The notes under the pieces: model-generated
The model's input: the letters and a program-made list of their open reading frames with translations, nothing else
What the model was told of the DNA's origin: nothing
Databases searched by the model: none
Program-made: the position numbers and the translations under genes
In this document: positions 7,445 to 15,025 of the stretch, in pieces
Layout of the letters: every line of letters begins with the position of its first letter
How positions within the stretch are numbered: the first letter of the stretch is position 1
Assembly: GCA_021790955.1 (NCBI GenBank)
Contig: JAJYFI010000001.1
Coordinates: 1 to 25,801 of the forward strand
From: a bacterium
GTDB taxonomy: Bacteria; Elusimicrobiota; Elusimicrobia; UBA1565; UBA9628
Length of the DNA stretch: 25,801 bases
Direction of reading: 5' to 3'

Positions 7445-8962
7445 ATGGCTGAGGGACCGACGGGATCGAGGGAGAGCGAGGAAGAATCCGGGGGAGGGCT
7501 CAACGCGGGCGGTGGGCCTGCGGGGTCCAAGGGATTTTGGACGAGCCTTCTGTCGTCCTTGGGGCTTGGCGGCGGGACCGGCGCGGCGGCCGCCGGGACC
7601 GTCGCGGAGGGAGGGGCCTTGGGCGGCGGCGGACTCGGCGCCGGGATCGGCAGCGGGCTCCTTGCGACCAAGGCGGGCTTGATCGGGGTGATCGCCGCCG
7701 GAACGGCGATCGCGGGCGGCGTCGGCGTCGCCACCTACAAGATGTTCGGGCCGCAGTCTTTGGGGACGGTCAGCGGCTATTCGTCCCTTTTCCAGCCCAA
7801 GCCGAAGAATCAGGCCGCCGCTCCCGGCGCCGCGGGACCAAGCGGCAATGGAGGCGGCGCGTCGCAGAGATCCCTGGCGGAGTTTAGGGAAGCCAACGCC
7901 GCGCAGAAGACGGCCGCGACCCCCGCCGCGATGCCGGCCGGATATGCGGCGCCGGGAGCCCAGGCCGGCGCCGCCTCGGCCGGATCCTTGTCCAATTTGA
8001 CCGCCGCGAACGCGAGCTTCATCCCCTCCCTTCCCGGCGGCGCCAAGCCCATTGGAAACGCCGGAGCGCCTCAGAACTCGATGGCTCCCGGGGGATCGGG
8101 GGCCGCCGCCGCGCCCTCCGGACAGGGAACCGGCGCCGCCGCGCAGTCGGTGGTGGGAAGCCAGGGCGGCGCGATGAGCCCTGCCGCGGCCGGCGTTAAC
8201 GGGGGGCTGAGGGCCTTTGGCGCCACGGGAGGCAACGGCGGCGGCGGCGGCGCCTACGGGCAGGCGCAGCACGAGTTCGCCGAGAACGCCGGCGCCACGT
8301 CCTCCCAGGGCGCGGGGCAGACCTACGACAACGGCGGGCGCAGCGGAGGAAACTCTCTCGGCGGCACGGGAACGGGCGCCGCGGGCGTCAGCGGCACGGG
8401 TCCCTCCGGAATCTCGAATCCCACCTATTCCAACTCGAATCCCTGGCGGGGCGGGGAGTCCTCGGTGCCGCCGACGAGCGGCGCCACGGGTGCGAGCCCC
8501 TGGCAGACCGCGATCGAATTGGCGACCGGCTTGACGGTCGGCGCCCTGGCGTTGCTGTTCCTGGCTCGAAGGATGGCGCTTAAAGCGATCGCGGCAGGGC
8601 CGGAGGCCGAGGCCGCCGCGCAAATGACAGTTCGTGTGCTATTAGGAATTGCTATCGCCATGGGGCTCGCCGTTGTCTATTTAGGCGCTAGAATGGGCAT
8701 GGGCCCATACAGCCAGACGCTTCAAGGAGTGCTCTTTATTATGTCCGGAGCGGCGATCGCCACGAGCGCGGCTGCTTCCATGCTATATCCTAAAGGCATA
8801 GGGGCCATCGCCATCGCGGGAATGATCTCCGCGGCGGTCTTCACGGGGCTGGCGCTCTTCACTCCTGAATCCAGCACCTGCCCGCCGAGCGGAAGCTGTC
8901 CCGATCTCTTCGGCTCCTCGGGAAACCAAAATCCGAGCGCGATCAGCAATCTAGGGCTCTGA
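7445..8962 (+). CDS. Gly/Ala-rich membrane protein, array member 2, 505 aa
   Basis: SD AAGGAGG. TM LLATKAGLIGVIAAGTAIAGGVGVATY; motif AYGQAQ...GQTYDNG; SPWQ followed by 3-4 hydrophobic helices; C-terminal CPPSGSC. Confidence 0.88.
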   Translation: MAEGPTGSRESEEESGGGLNAGGGPAGSKGFWTSLLSSLGLGGGTGAAAAGTVAEGGALGGGGLGAGIGSGLLATKAGLIGVIAAGTAIAGGVGVATYKMFGPQSLGTVSGYSSLFQPKPKNQAAAPGAAGPSGNGGGASQRSLAEFREANAAQKTAATPAAMPAGYAAPGAQAGAASAGSLSNLTAANASFIPSLPGGAKPIGNAGAPQNSMAPGGSGAAAAPSGQGTGAAAQSVVGSQGGAMSPAAAGVNGGLRAFGATGGNGGGGGAYGQAQHEFAENAGATSSQGAGQTYDNGGRSGGNSLGGTGTGAAGVSGTGPSGISNPTYSNSNPWRGGESSVPPTSGATGASPWQTAIELATGLTVGALALLFLARRMALKAIAAGPEAEAAAQMTVRVLLGIAIAMGLAVVYLGARMGMGPYSQTLQGVLFIMSGAAIATSAAASMLYPKGIGAIAIAGMISAAVFTGLALFTPESSTCPPSGSCPDLFGSSGNQNPSAISNLGL

Positions 8963-8975
8963 TCAGGAGAGAACG

Positions 8976-10505
8976 ATGGAATTAGACGAGGTTCCTTCTT
9001 ATAAGCTGAAGGACCAGTGGGTCCGCAAGCCTTCCGGTCGGGACAGGCGCAAAAAGAAAAAGGCCGGCGGAGGATGGTTCTCGCGCTTTGCCGGAGGCGG
9101 GCCAAGCGCGGCGGCCTCGGGAACCGAAGCGGCGTCATCCGCCTCCGAGTCGGTCCAGGCGATCGAGAGGCTCCTGGGTCTTGGGACGAAATACGGAGGA
9201 GGAGCCGCGGCCTTCGCATGGAAAAGCGCGCTGGCCATTCCCGCTTTGTCGATCGCCGTCGGCGCCGGGGCCTACGGGCTCGGCCGGGTCTTTGCTCCGC
9301 CGAAGCCGTCCGCCGCCGCCTCCGGCGACGCGAGGACGGCCCTCTTTGAAAAGTTGGGGCCTTACAAGGGCAAACTCTCGAAACTTCCCACCACCACGCA
9401 GGCGATCGACTCCCTGGGCCTTGGAAGCCATAGCCCGGCGCCCGTGGCGTCCTCGGAGGCCGCCGCGCCGAATCCCCCGCGCGCCAAAGTCCTGCCGCAA
9501 TCCCCGGCGGCCGCCGCTTCCGCGAGGGCCGGCCGCGGCTCCTCCTCGGGTGGAGTGGCCGCGGGCGCCGTCATCCCCCATGTGGGCCAATTCCCGGGAG
9601 GGCGATCCGCCGTTTCCAACACCGATGCCCGCGCCTTGAGCCCTCAGGGGCGTCCGGCGGCGGTCTCGCCCAAAGATCAGCACACCCACGCGCTGGCCGC
9701 GCTTTTCGGCGGAGCCTCTCCTAGCATGGAGAAGAGCGGCGCCGTCGGGGGAGCCATCCAAGGAGAAGCCTTGGGGCAGTTGGGCGGGGCCAACAGGTTT
9801 TCCAACGCGGGGCTTCAAGCGGGCGTCCAGGAAGGCGCGGCCGGCAACGCGGGCATGGCTTTCGATCACGGCGCGGCCCTCCCGACGACGGTCGGAGGGG
9901 GCGTGGCCCTGACCGGGGCCGGTGACGGCAGCTCCAACCCCGGGGCGCAACCGGCGGCGTCCAACTCCTGGGGAAGCGCCGGCTCGGCTCCGGGATCGCC
10001 GATGGGAGGCGGCGGCGGCGCGCGATCGCTTCCGACGGCCGGCAGTCCCGCCGGAGCGACCGATAACGGCACCCAGACCATGATTGATATCGCCACCGGG
10101 CTTCTATTGGGCGCCATGGTTCTCTTGTTGGTGGCCCGGTTCGCGAAAGGTCCTTGGGCGATTGGGCTCAAGATCGCGGCAGCCGTGGCGGCGGCCGCCG
10201 CGGCCGCGATCGGCGGGGCTTTGATGAGTTCGGGCCATTTTTGGACCGGGCTTATGTTCTTGGTGCCCGGAGGGATCATGGCGGCGATGGCGGCCATGTC
10301 CGCCTGGGGAGCGATGACGGCGGGCGAAGGCGCCGCGTCGGGGCTGCAGGCCCAGATCAGCAGTATGTATACGACGACGTCCTCGGCCGGCAGCACGACA
10401 ACATTGTCCTCGACGGCGTCTTCCATCACCACAACGTTGGGGGGCGGTTATACCTCGACTTATTCCGGCGCTATGTGCACCAGTCTGACGAGTCCCGGGG
10501 GATGA
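8976..10505 (+). CDS. Gly/Ala-rich membrane protein, array member 3, with Thr/Ser-rich tail, 509 aa
   Basis: SD AGGAGA. RRKKKKAGGGWF; TM ALAIPALSIAVGAGAYGLG; motif ALGQLGGAN...AGMAFDHG; C-terminal hydrophobic helices, then a T/S-rich tail. Confidence 0.88.
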   Translation: MELDEVPSYKLKDQWVRKPSGRDRRKKKKAGGGWFSRFAGGGPSAAASGTEAASSASESVQAIERLLGLGTKYGGGAAAFAWKSALAIPALSIAVGAGAYGLGRVFAPPKPSAAASGDARTALFEKLGPYKGKLSKLPTTTQAIDSLGLGSHSPAPVASSEAAAPNPPRAKVLPQSPAAAASARAGRGSSSGGVAAGAVIPHVGQFPGGRSAVSNTDARALSPQGRPAAVSPKDQHTHALAALFGGASPSMEKSGAVGGAIQGEALGQLGGANRFSNAGLQAGVQEGAAGNAGMAFDHGAALPTTVGGGVALTGAGDGSSNPGAQPAASNSWGSAGSAPGSPMGGGGGARSLPTAGSPAGATDNGTQTMIDIATGLLLGAMVLLLVARFAKGPWAIGLKIAAAVAAAAAAAIGGALMSSGHFWTGLMFLVPGGIMAAMAAMSAWGAMTAGEGAASGLQAQISSMYTTTSSAGSTTTLSSTASSITTTLGGGYTSTYSGAMCTSLTSPGG

Positions 10506-10511
10506 CCGGCG

Positions 10512-12053
10512 ATGGGGCTTAATTTCATCAAAAAGAAGGGGTCGCCGGGGCGCACCCCCCCGACGACTCCAACACGCGCTCAAGACAGCGCCGATTCTTT
10601 CGAGCTTCCCGACTTCAAAAAGAAAAAGGAGAACGGGCGGCGAAAGGGCGGCGGATGGTGGTGGTTCGGCCGTTCGGCCCAAGGGGTGCTTCAGAGCGCC
10701 GAGACAAGCACGGCCGCCGAGGCGGCGGCCGCCTCGCACGGCGCGCTTTCTTTAGGAGCGGAATCCGCGGCGAGCGTCGCCCAGAACGCCGTGCGGGCCG
10801 CAGGGGCCGTTGGAAAATCGCTGGCCTCCTCCGCCTGGGGCTTCGTCCCCTCCGCGGCGATCATGGGAAAGATCGCCCTCGGAGGAGTCCTTTTGGCCTT
10901 CGTGGGGGGAACCGTCGCGGCGCTCATGTCGAGTCCGCGGCAGATCGGGGCCTTCCTGCGCATGGCCGCGCCGGGTTCGATGCGGCCGCTGCCGACGGCG
11001 GCGCCGAATTCCCTGGCCTATGCGTCCCGGGGCCTGCCCGTCGGAGCCTCGAACGCTTCCGGCCGCGCGGACGCCGGCGCCGTCGCGCGCTCCGCCGGGG
11101 CGCAACCGCCCAATCTCGCCGCCGGCATCGCGGGATTGTCCGTCCGCCAAGGCGGCGCGCCCGTCCCGAAGGGCCTCCCTTTGGAAAAAAACGGCGCGCC
11201 GGGGATGAGCGCGCCGCCGGCGGGGATGCTGCCGCCGCCGCCGAACGCGAACCCCCTCCAGTCCTTCGCGGGACAAGGCAAGCCGGGCTCGACCCACGAT
11301 CCGATTCTGGCGGCGCAGGCCCAGGCCGTCGCTCCGGGGTCGTTGCAAGCGACATCGGCGTTGGGCGGCCAGGGCGGCGGAATGCTCGCCCTGGGCCAGC
11401 TCCGCAGCGCCTCCTCGATCAACAGCCACGTGATGCAGGGCGAAAGCGAGACGGGCGCCATGCTGGGCCAGCAGGTTTTCGACAATCCCGCCGGAGCGGC
11501 CGGCCAGACGGGCGGCGCGCAGATCACGGGCGCGGGCGACGGCTACGGGGCGAACTCCGTGATCAATGGCTCGGGCGGCTCCTCGGCGTCCGGCTCGGGC
11601 GGCGCTCCGATCGCGGCGGGCGGCGGCCTGGGCCAGTGCGCGGGTTCGCTCGATGCTTGCAGGGGCGGAGAAGGAAGCACCAACAACGCCACGCAGGCCG
11701 CTCCGGCACAGAGCGCTCTTAACACCGCCTTTACGATCGCGGGAATCGCGGGATTGGGCATCGCCGCCGTCGCCGCGCTGGTGACCGCCGGAGGGCCGGT
11801 GGGGATGGCGCTGGCCATCGCCGGAGCGGGGCTGGTGTCGATGGCCGGCATCTATATCATGACTTCGGGCTATCAAATGCTGCAAGCCGGAGCGAACTCC
11901 GGCGTGGTGGCCGGGGTTGAAACGATGGGAGCATCCTTGATCGCGGGCGCCGTGTTGGCGATGGCGGGAGGCGTCGCCGGCCTCGTGGGAGCCGGCATCG
12001 GGATCGCCAACGCTGTCGCCGCGATCGTCCACGCGTTCACGGCCGGCGGGTAG
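10512..12053 (+). CDS. Gly/Ala-rich membrane protein, array member 4, 513 aa
   Basis: KKKKENGRRKGGGWWWF; TM IALGGVLLAFVGGTVAALM; NSLAYASRG; motif ALGQLRSASSIN...GQQVFDNP; GQCAGSLDAC; C-terminal Gly-zipper helices. Confidence 0.88.
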   Translation: MGLNFIKKKGSPGRTPPTTPTRAQDSADSFELPDFKKKKENGRRKGGGWWWFGRSAQGVLQSAETSTAAEAAAASHGALSLGAESAASVAQNAVRAAGAVGKSLASSAWGFVPSAAIMGKIALGGVLLAFVGGTVAALMSSPRQIGAFLRMAAPGSMRPLPTAAPNSLAYASRGLPVGASNASGRADAGAVARSAGAQPPNLAAGIAGLSVRQGGAPVPKGLPLEKNGAPGMSAPPAGMLPPPPNANPLQSFAGQGKPGSTHDPILAAQAQAVAPGSLQATSALGGQGGGMLALGQLRSASSINSHVMQGESETGAMLGQQVFDNPAGAAGQTGGAQITGAGDGYGANSVINGSGGSSASGSGGAPIAAGGGLGQCAGSLDACRGGEGSTNNATQAAPAQSALNTAFTIAGIAGLGIAAVAALVTAGGPVGMALAIAGAGLVSMAGIYIMTSGYQMLQAGANSGVVAGVETMGASLIAGAVLAMAGGVAGLVGAGIGIANAVAAIVHAFTAGG

Positions 12054-12076
12054 TCCGTTTCGTCGGGACGTTTTTC

Positions 12077-13618
12077 GTGAGCCTCAAAAGTCGCCGGCGC
12101 GCCCGGCGGCCCGTGCCGCCGTCTTTCATTCCCCAGCCTGGAGCGGGGGAGGCGGGGACGGTTTGTCCCCCTCAAACGGAAAAGCGCCGTAAGCCCGCCG
12201 GGGGTTGGTGGTGGCGCCGGGTCGCGAGCCGTCTTTGGAGAGGAGCTCCCGCTGATGCCGACGCCGTCTCGGCCGGGGCTGGCGAGGAGGCCGTCGAGCT
12301 TTCGGAAGCGGGAACGCACTTGGCCGTGCGGGCGGGCGCCGGCCGTTCGGCTCCCGTGTTTTTCTTGAAAACCGCGATTGCGGCCCTTGTTACGGCATTC
12401 CTCGCCCTCGCGGTGGAGATCTCCCGTCGCCCGGATATCGTCGGCGCGGCGTTGGGCTTGTCGCCGCCCGCCTCCCTGGAGGCGCTCCCGCGTCTCGCGC
12501 CGAGCTCCTTGCCGTACGCCTCCCGCGGCGTGGCGGGACTCGACGGCAAACTCTCCGGGACTGCGTCGGCTCTTGCGCCCGGAGCCGGCATGGGGGGCTC
12601 GGTGGCGGAGGTGGCGGAAAGCGGAGGGGCGTCCTCCGCCGGCCCGGTTCAATCGATCGTCGAGGCTCTTAAGAATTGGAGAGAAGGCATCGCGTCGGCG
12701 CTGCGGAGTTCCGAGTCCGCCTCGGGGTTTGAGCCGGCCGGCCCCTCGCTGACGCCTCCTCCCGGCGGCTTTTTCGCTCCGGGCGCGACGCCCACGAACG
12801 CGCTCAAGGGATTCGTCGCGGGCGATCTCCGCCCGGGCCGCCACAAGGATGGGAGCTTGGCGCAGGCGGTGGCTCCGGGGAACGTCAGCGGCCTTCATAT
12901 GGGGAGCTTGGTCAACGAGCGCTCCCTGGCCTTGGGGCAGCTGCGGAGCGCCGCGTCGTTGAACGCCTCCATGCGGCGCGCGGGAGAGGACGAGACCGCC
13001 TCCGAGGAAGGCCAGGCGCAGTTCGACAATCCGGGGCAAGCCGCGTCCGTTTCTGGCGAGGGGCTCGCGGCGACGGGCGGCGGCGACGGCACGGGCGCGG
13101 GCTCCGTCGTCAACGGCCCTCAGGGAGGAGGGGCTCCGCAGACGACGGGGGCGCCGTCCGTCGCCGCGGGCCTCGGCGCCTGCGGGGCCTTTGATGCGTC
13201 GCGATGCGGCGCTCCAGCGCCCTCCGCGAACGCTCCCGCCGCCGGCGCTCCCTGGCAGAGACTTCTCGACAAAGCGGCCTGGGCGGTCGGCGTGGGGGAC
13301 GGCCTCTTGATGGCGGCCTCCGTCCTCGCGCTGATCGGAGAGATGCTCGGGCCCTACGGCTGGCCCTTCATCATCGCGTCCTATGCTCTCGCGGCGGGAG
13401 CCGCGGCCCTTGGCGGCGTCGCTATCGATCTCGGAGTCCGAGCCCGCGACATGGGCGCGATGCCGCAGGGAGCCTGGATCGCCGGCATTTTGGGCGGCGC
13501 CGTGATCGCTGGGGCGGCGGGGGTTTTCCTGGGCGGGCCCGGGGCGGTCGCCGGCTTGATCCTCGGGGCCGCGGGGCTTGTCGGGACGGTCGTGACGAGC
13601 CTGCTGGGCAAGTTTTAA
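12077..13618 (+). CDS. Gly/Ala-rich membrane protein, array member 5 (closest paralog of member 4), 513 aa
   Basis: GTG start (exact start uncertain). KRRKPAGGWWW; TM AIAALVTAFLALAVEI; SSLPYASRG; motif ALGQLRSAASLN...GQAQFDNP; GACGAFDASRC; APWQ followed by C-terminal hydrophobic helices. Confidence 0.86.
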   Translation: MSLKSRRRARRPVPPSFIPQPGAGEAGTVCPPQTEKRRKPAGGWWWRRVASRLWRGAPADADAVSAGAGEEAVELSEAGTHLAVRAGAGRSAPVFFLKTAIAALVTAFLALAVEISRRPDIVGAALGLSPPASLEALPRLAPSSLPYASRGVAGLDGKLSGTASALAPGAGMGGSVAEVAESGGASSAGPVQSIVEALKNWREGIASALRSSESASGFEPAGPSLTPPPGGFFAPGATPTNALKGFVAGDLRPGRHKDGSLAQAVAPGNVSGLHMGSLVNERSLALGQLRSAASLNASMRRAGEDETASEEGQAQFDNPGQAASVSGEGLAATGGGDGTGAGSVVNGPQGGGAPQTTGAPSVAAGLGACGAFDASRCGAPAPSANAPAAGAPWQRLLDKAAWAVGVGDGLLMAASVLALIGEMLGPYGWPFIIASYALAAGAAALGGVAIDLGVRARDMGAMPQGAWIAGILGGAVIAGAAGVFLGGPGAVAGLILGAAGLVGTVVTSLLGKF

Positions 13619-14451
13619 CGCGAAGGCCGGCCCCAGGCTTCGCTGAGAAGGAGCCATTGGGACGGATCGCTCCCGATGAATCCTTCCATCGCGCGCAGGA
13701 GCCTTCCCGCGATCGCCGGGATCGTCGCGCGGCCGGGATCGATGGCCGCGCCGCATTCGAGGGAGAGACGCCCCGCGCGCTTGACGGCGCAAACAGGCAG
13801 GACGGGCGCTCCGGAGAGCCTGGAGAGCCGGGCCACGTCGCGCGGGGCGGGAAATGCCGCGCCAAAAAACGGCAGCCGGAGCTCTTGCGCGCCGAAGTCC
13901 ATGTCGGCCGTCACGAGGACGCAGCCGTTCTGGCTCAAGAAGCGCCAGGAGGCCCTCGCCGATCCCTTTCGTCCGAGCACTCGCAATCCGGGGGTTTGGC
14001 CCCAACGATACGGGGAAGGGGCGTTGAGGATGCAGGCAAGCGGCATCCTCGCGCGATCGAGGGCCTTGGCGCACACCCAAAGATTTCCATAATGAGGAGC
14101 CGCAAGGATAACGCCGCGTCCGGCCCTTCGCAGCCGGCGAAGCGCGGACAGAAGCGGCAATTGGACCTCGCCGAGGATGGCCGGATCGGAGTCGATCGCG
14201 AACAGGGCGAGAGAGGCTTGGATTTCAGCATGGAGCTCGGCGAGCCTTCGCGCGTGGCGTCGGATCTCGGCCCGCGGGGTCGGGAGCCCGTTGAAGGATC
14301 GTATACGCCTAAGATTGTCGCCGAGCCGCCGACGCCTCGGCGGCATCCCCAGGATGAGCCCGTAGCCGAGGCTCAAGATGGCTTGATAGGGCCGCAAACC
14401 CAGCAGCGAGAGTAGCAGCCCCTTGGCCCCAAAGTGAAGCGGTCGGCTCAC
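13615..14451 (-). CDS. Lysophospholipid/lipid A acyltransferase-like protein (LpxL/HtrB/PatA family), 278 aa
   Basis: GTG 14451 overlaps the SRPBCC stop (GTGA). Motifs: GRGVILAAPHYGNLW, VLVTADMD, LPFFGAAFPAP...ARLSRLSGAPVLPV, DPSQWLL. The stop overlaps the member-5 stop (TTAA 13615-13618). Confidence 0.75.
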   Translation of the reverse strand: MSRPLHFGAKGLLLSLLGLRPYQAILSLGYGLILGMPPRRRRLGDNLRRIRSFNGLPTPRAEIRRHARRLAELHAEIQASLALFAIDSDPAILGEVQLPLLSALRRLRRAGRGVILAAPHYGNLWVCAKALDRARMPLACILNAPSPYRWGQTPGLRVLGRKGSARASWRFLSQNGCVLVTADMDFGAQELRLPFFGAAFPAPRDVARLSRLSGAPVLPVCAVKRAGRLSLECGAAIDPGRATIPAIAGRLLRAMEGFIGSDPSQWLLLSEAWGRPSR

Positions 14452-14915
14452 TCCTCGAAGAGGCGGGGTAGGCGGTCGGCGATCTGCCCGAGCATCCATC
14501 CCGGCTGGCCGACCAAGGCGGCCGTGGCGTTGAGGGCCGGCCCCCACACCGGTATGCGGAATTCGAACTCCGCGCGCAGCGAGACCCGGCATTGTCCCGG
14601 GGCGGGGACGGTGGCGGCGAGGGACAGAAGGGCGTGCCGAGGGGCGGGCCAGGGTTCGGCCGAAAGCAGGACGAGCGTGAAGCGCTCGGGCGGGACCCAT
14701 TCCGTGATCGTCCAGACCTGGCGGATTCGCCGGCCGCTCTCTAAGGCGATGTTTTTGCCGGGGCCAAGCCCTTCGCTCGCGATGAGGCGGGGCTTGAACG
14801 CCTGGATGAACCGATCGATCCTCAGCAAATATTCCCAATGGCCGAGGTTTTGGAGCGTTTCCCAAACCTTTTCCCGCGTTTGGCCCAAAACCAGGGCTTT
14901 TTCGGCGCTGGGCAT
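14448..14915 (-). CDS. SRPBCC (START/Bet v1/polyketide cyclase-like) family protein, 155 aa
   Basis: Size and pattern: EKVWETLQNLGHW (N-terminal 'VW..l.d...w'), GLGPG, WTITEWVPPERFTL, CRVSLRAEF, C-terminal helix. Confidence 0.75.
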   Translation of the reverse strand: MPSAEKALVLGQTREKVWETLQNLGHWEYLLRIDRFIQAFKPRLIASEGLGPGKNIALESGRRIRQVWTITEWVPPERFTLVLLSAEPWPAPRHALLSLAATVPAPGQCRVSLRAEFEFRIPVWGPALNATAALVGQPGWMLGQIADRLPRLFEE

Positions 14916-14921
14916 ATTGAG

Positions 14922-14949
14922 AGCATAGTAAAAATGGGAAGCGTATCAA
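14922..14949 (-). promoter_or_regulatory. Possible leftward promoter giving a leaderless SRPBCC-acyltransferase transcript
   Basis: Minus strand TTGATA (14949-14944), 16 nt, TATGCT (14927-14922); ATG begins 7 nt after the -10 box. Confidence 0.4.
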
Positions 14950-14973
14950 TTCGGTTAAAGACGGACGACTCTA

Positions 14974-15002
14974 TTGACAAGCTCGGAGGCCGAGATTAAA
15001 CT
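14974..15002 (+). promoter_or_regulatory. sigma70-type promoter heading the second block of the array
   Basis: TTGACA (14974-14979), 17 nt, TAAACT (14997-15002); boxes identical to those at 6322-6350. Confidence 0.72.
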
Positions 15003-15025
15003 ATCGTCGTCTCTGAAAATCAGCC

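Noticed and set aside
12054-12076. Intrinsic terminator between members 4 and 5
   Set aside because: Only a weak ~6-bp stem with two G-U pairs before TTTTT; not supportable.
6367-13618. Calling the array PE-PGRS-, collagen-, TrbL/VirB6- or ice-nucleation-like
   Set aside because: No PE domain, no G-x-y periodicity, no central polytopic VirB6 core and no regular repeat unit; the similarity is compositional only.
4578-14080. Long antisense or alternate-frame ORFs (4578-5957 -, 6199-7734 -, 7319-8623 -, 10752-12032 -, 11873-14080 -, 4655-5704 +, etc.)
   Set aside because: Arg/Pro/Gly-rich shadow frames expected at high GC; they overlap better-supported genes and carry no family motifs.
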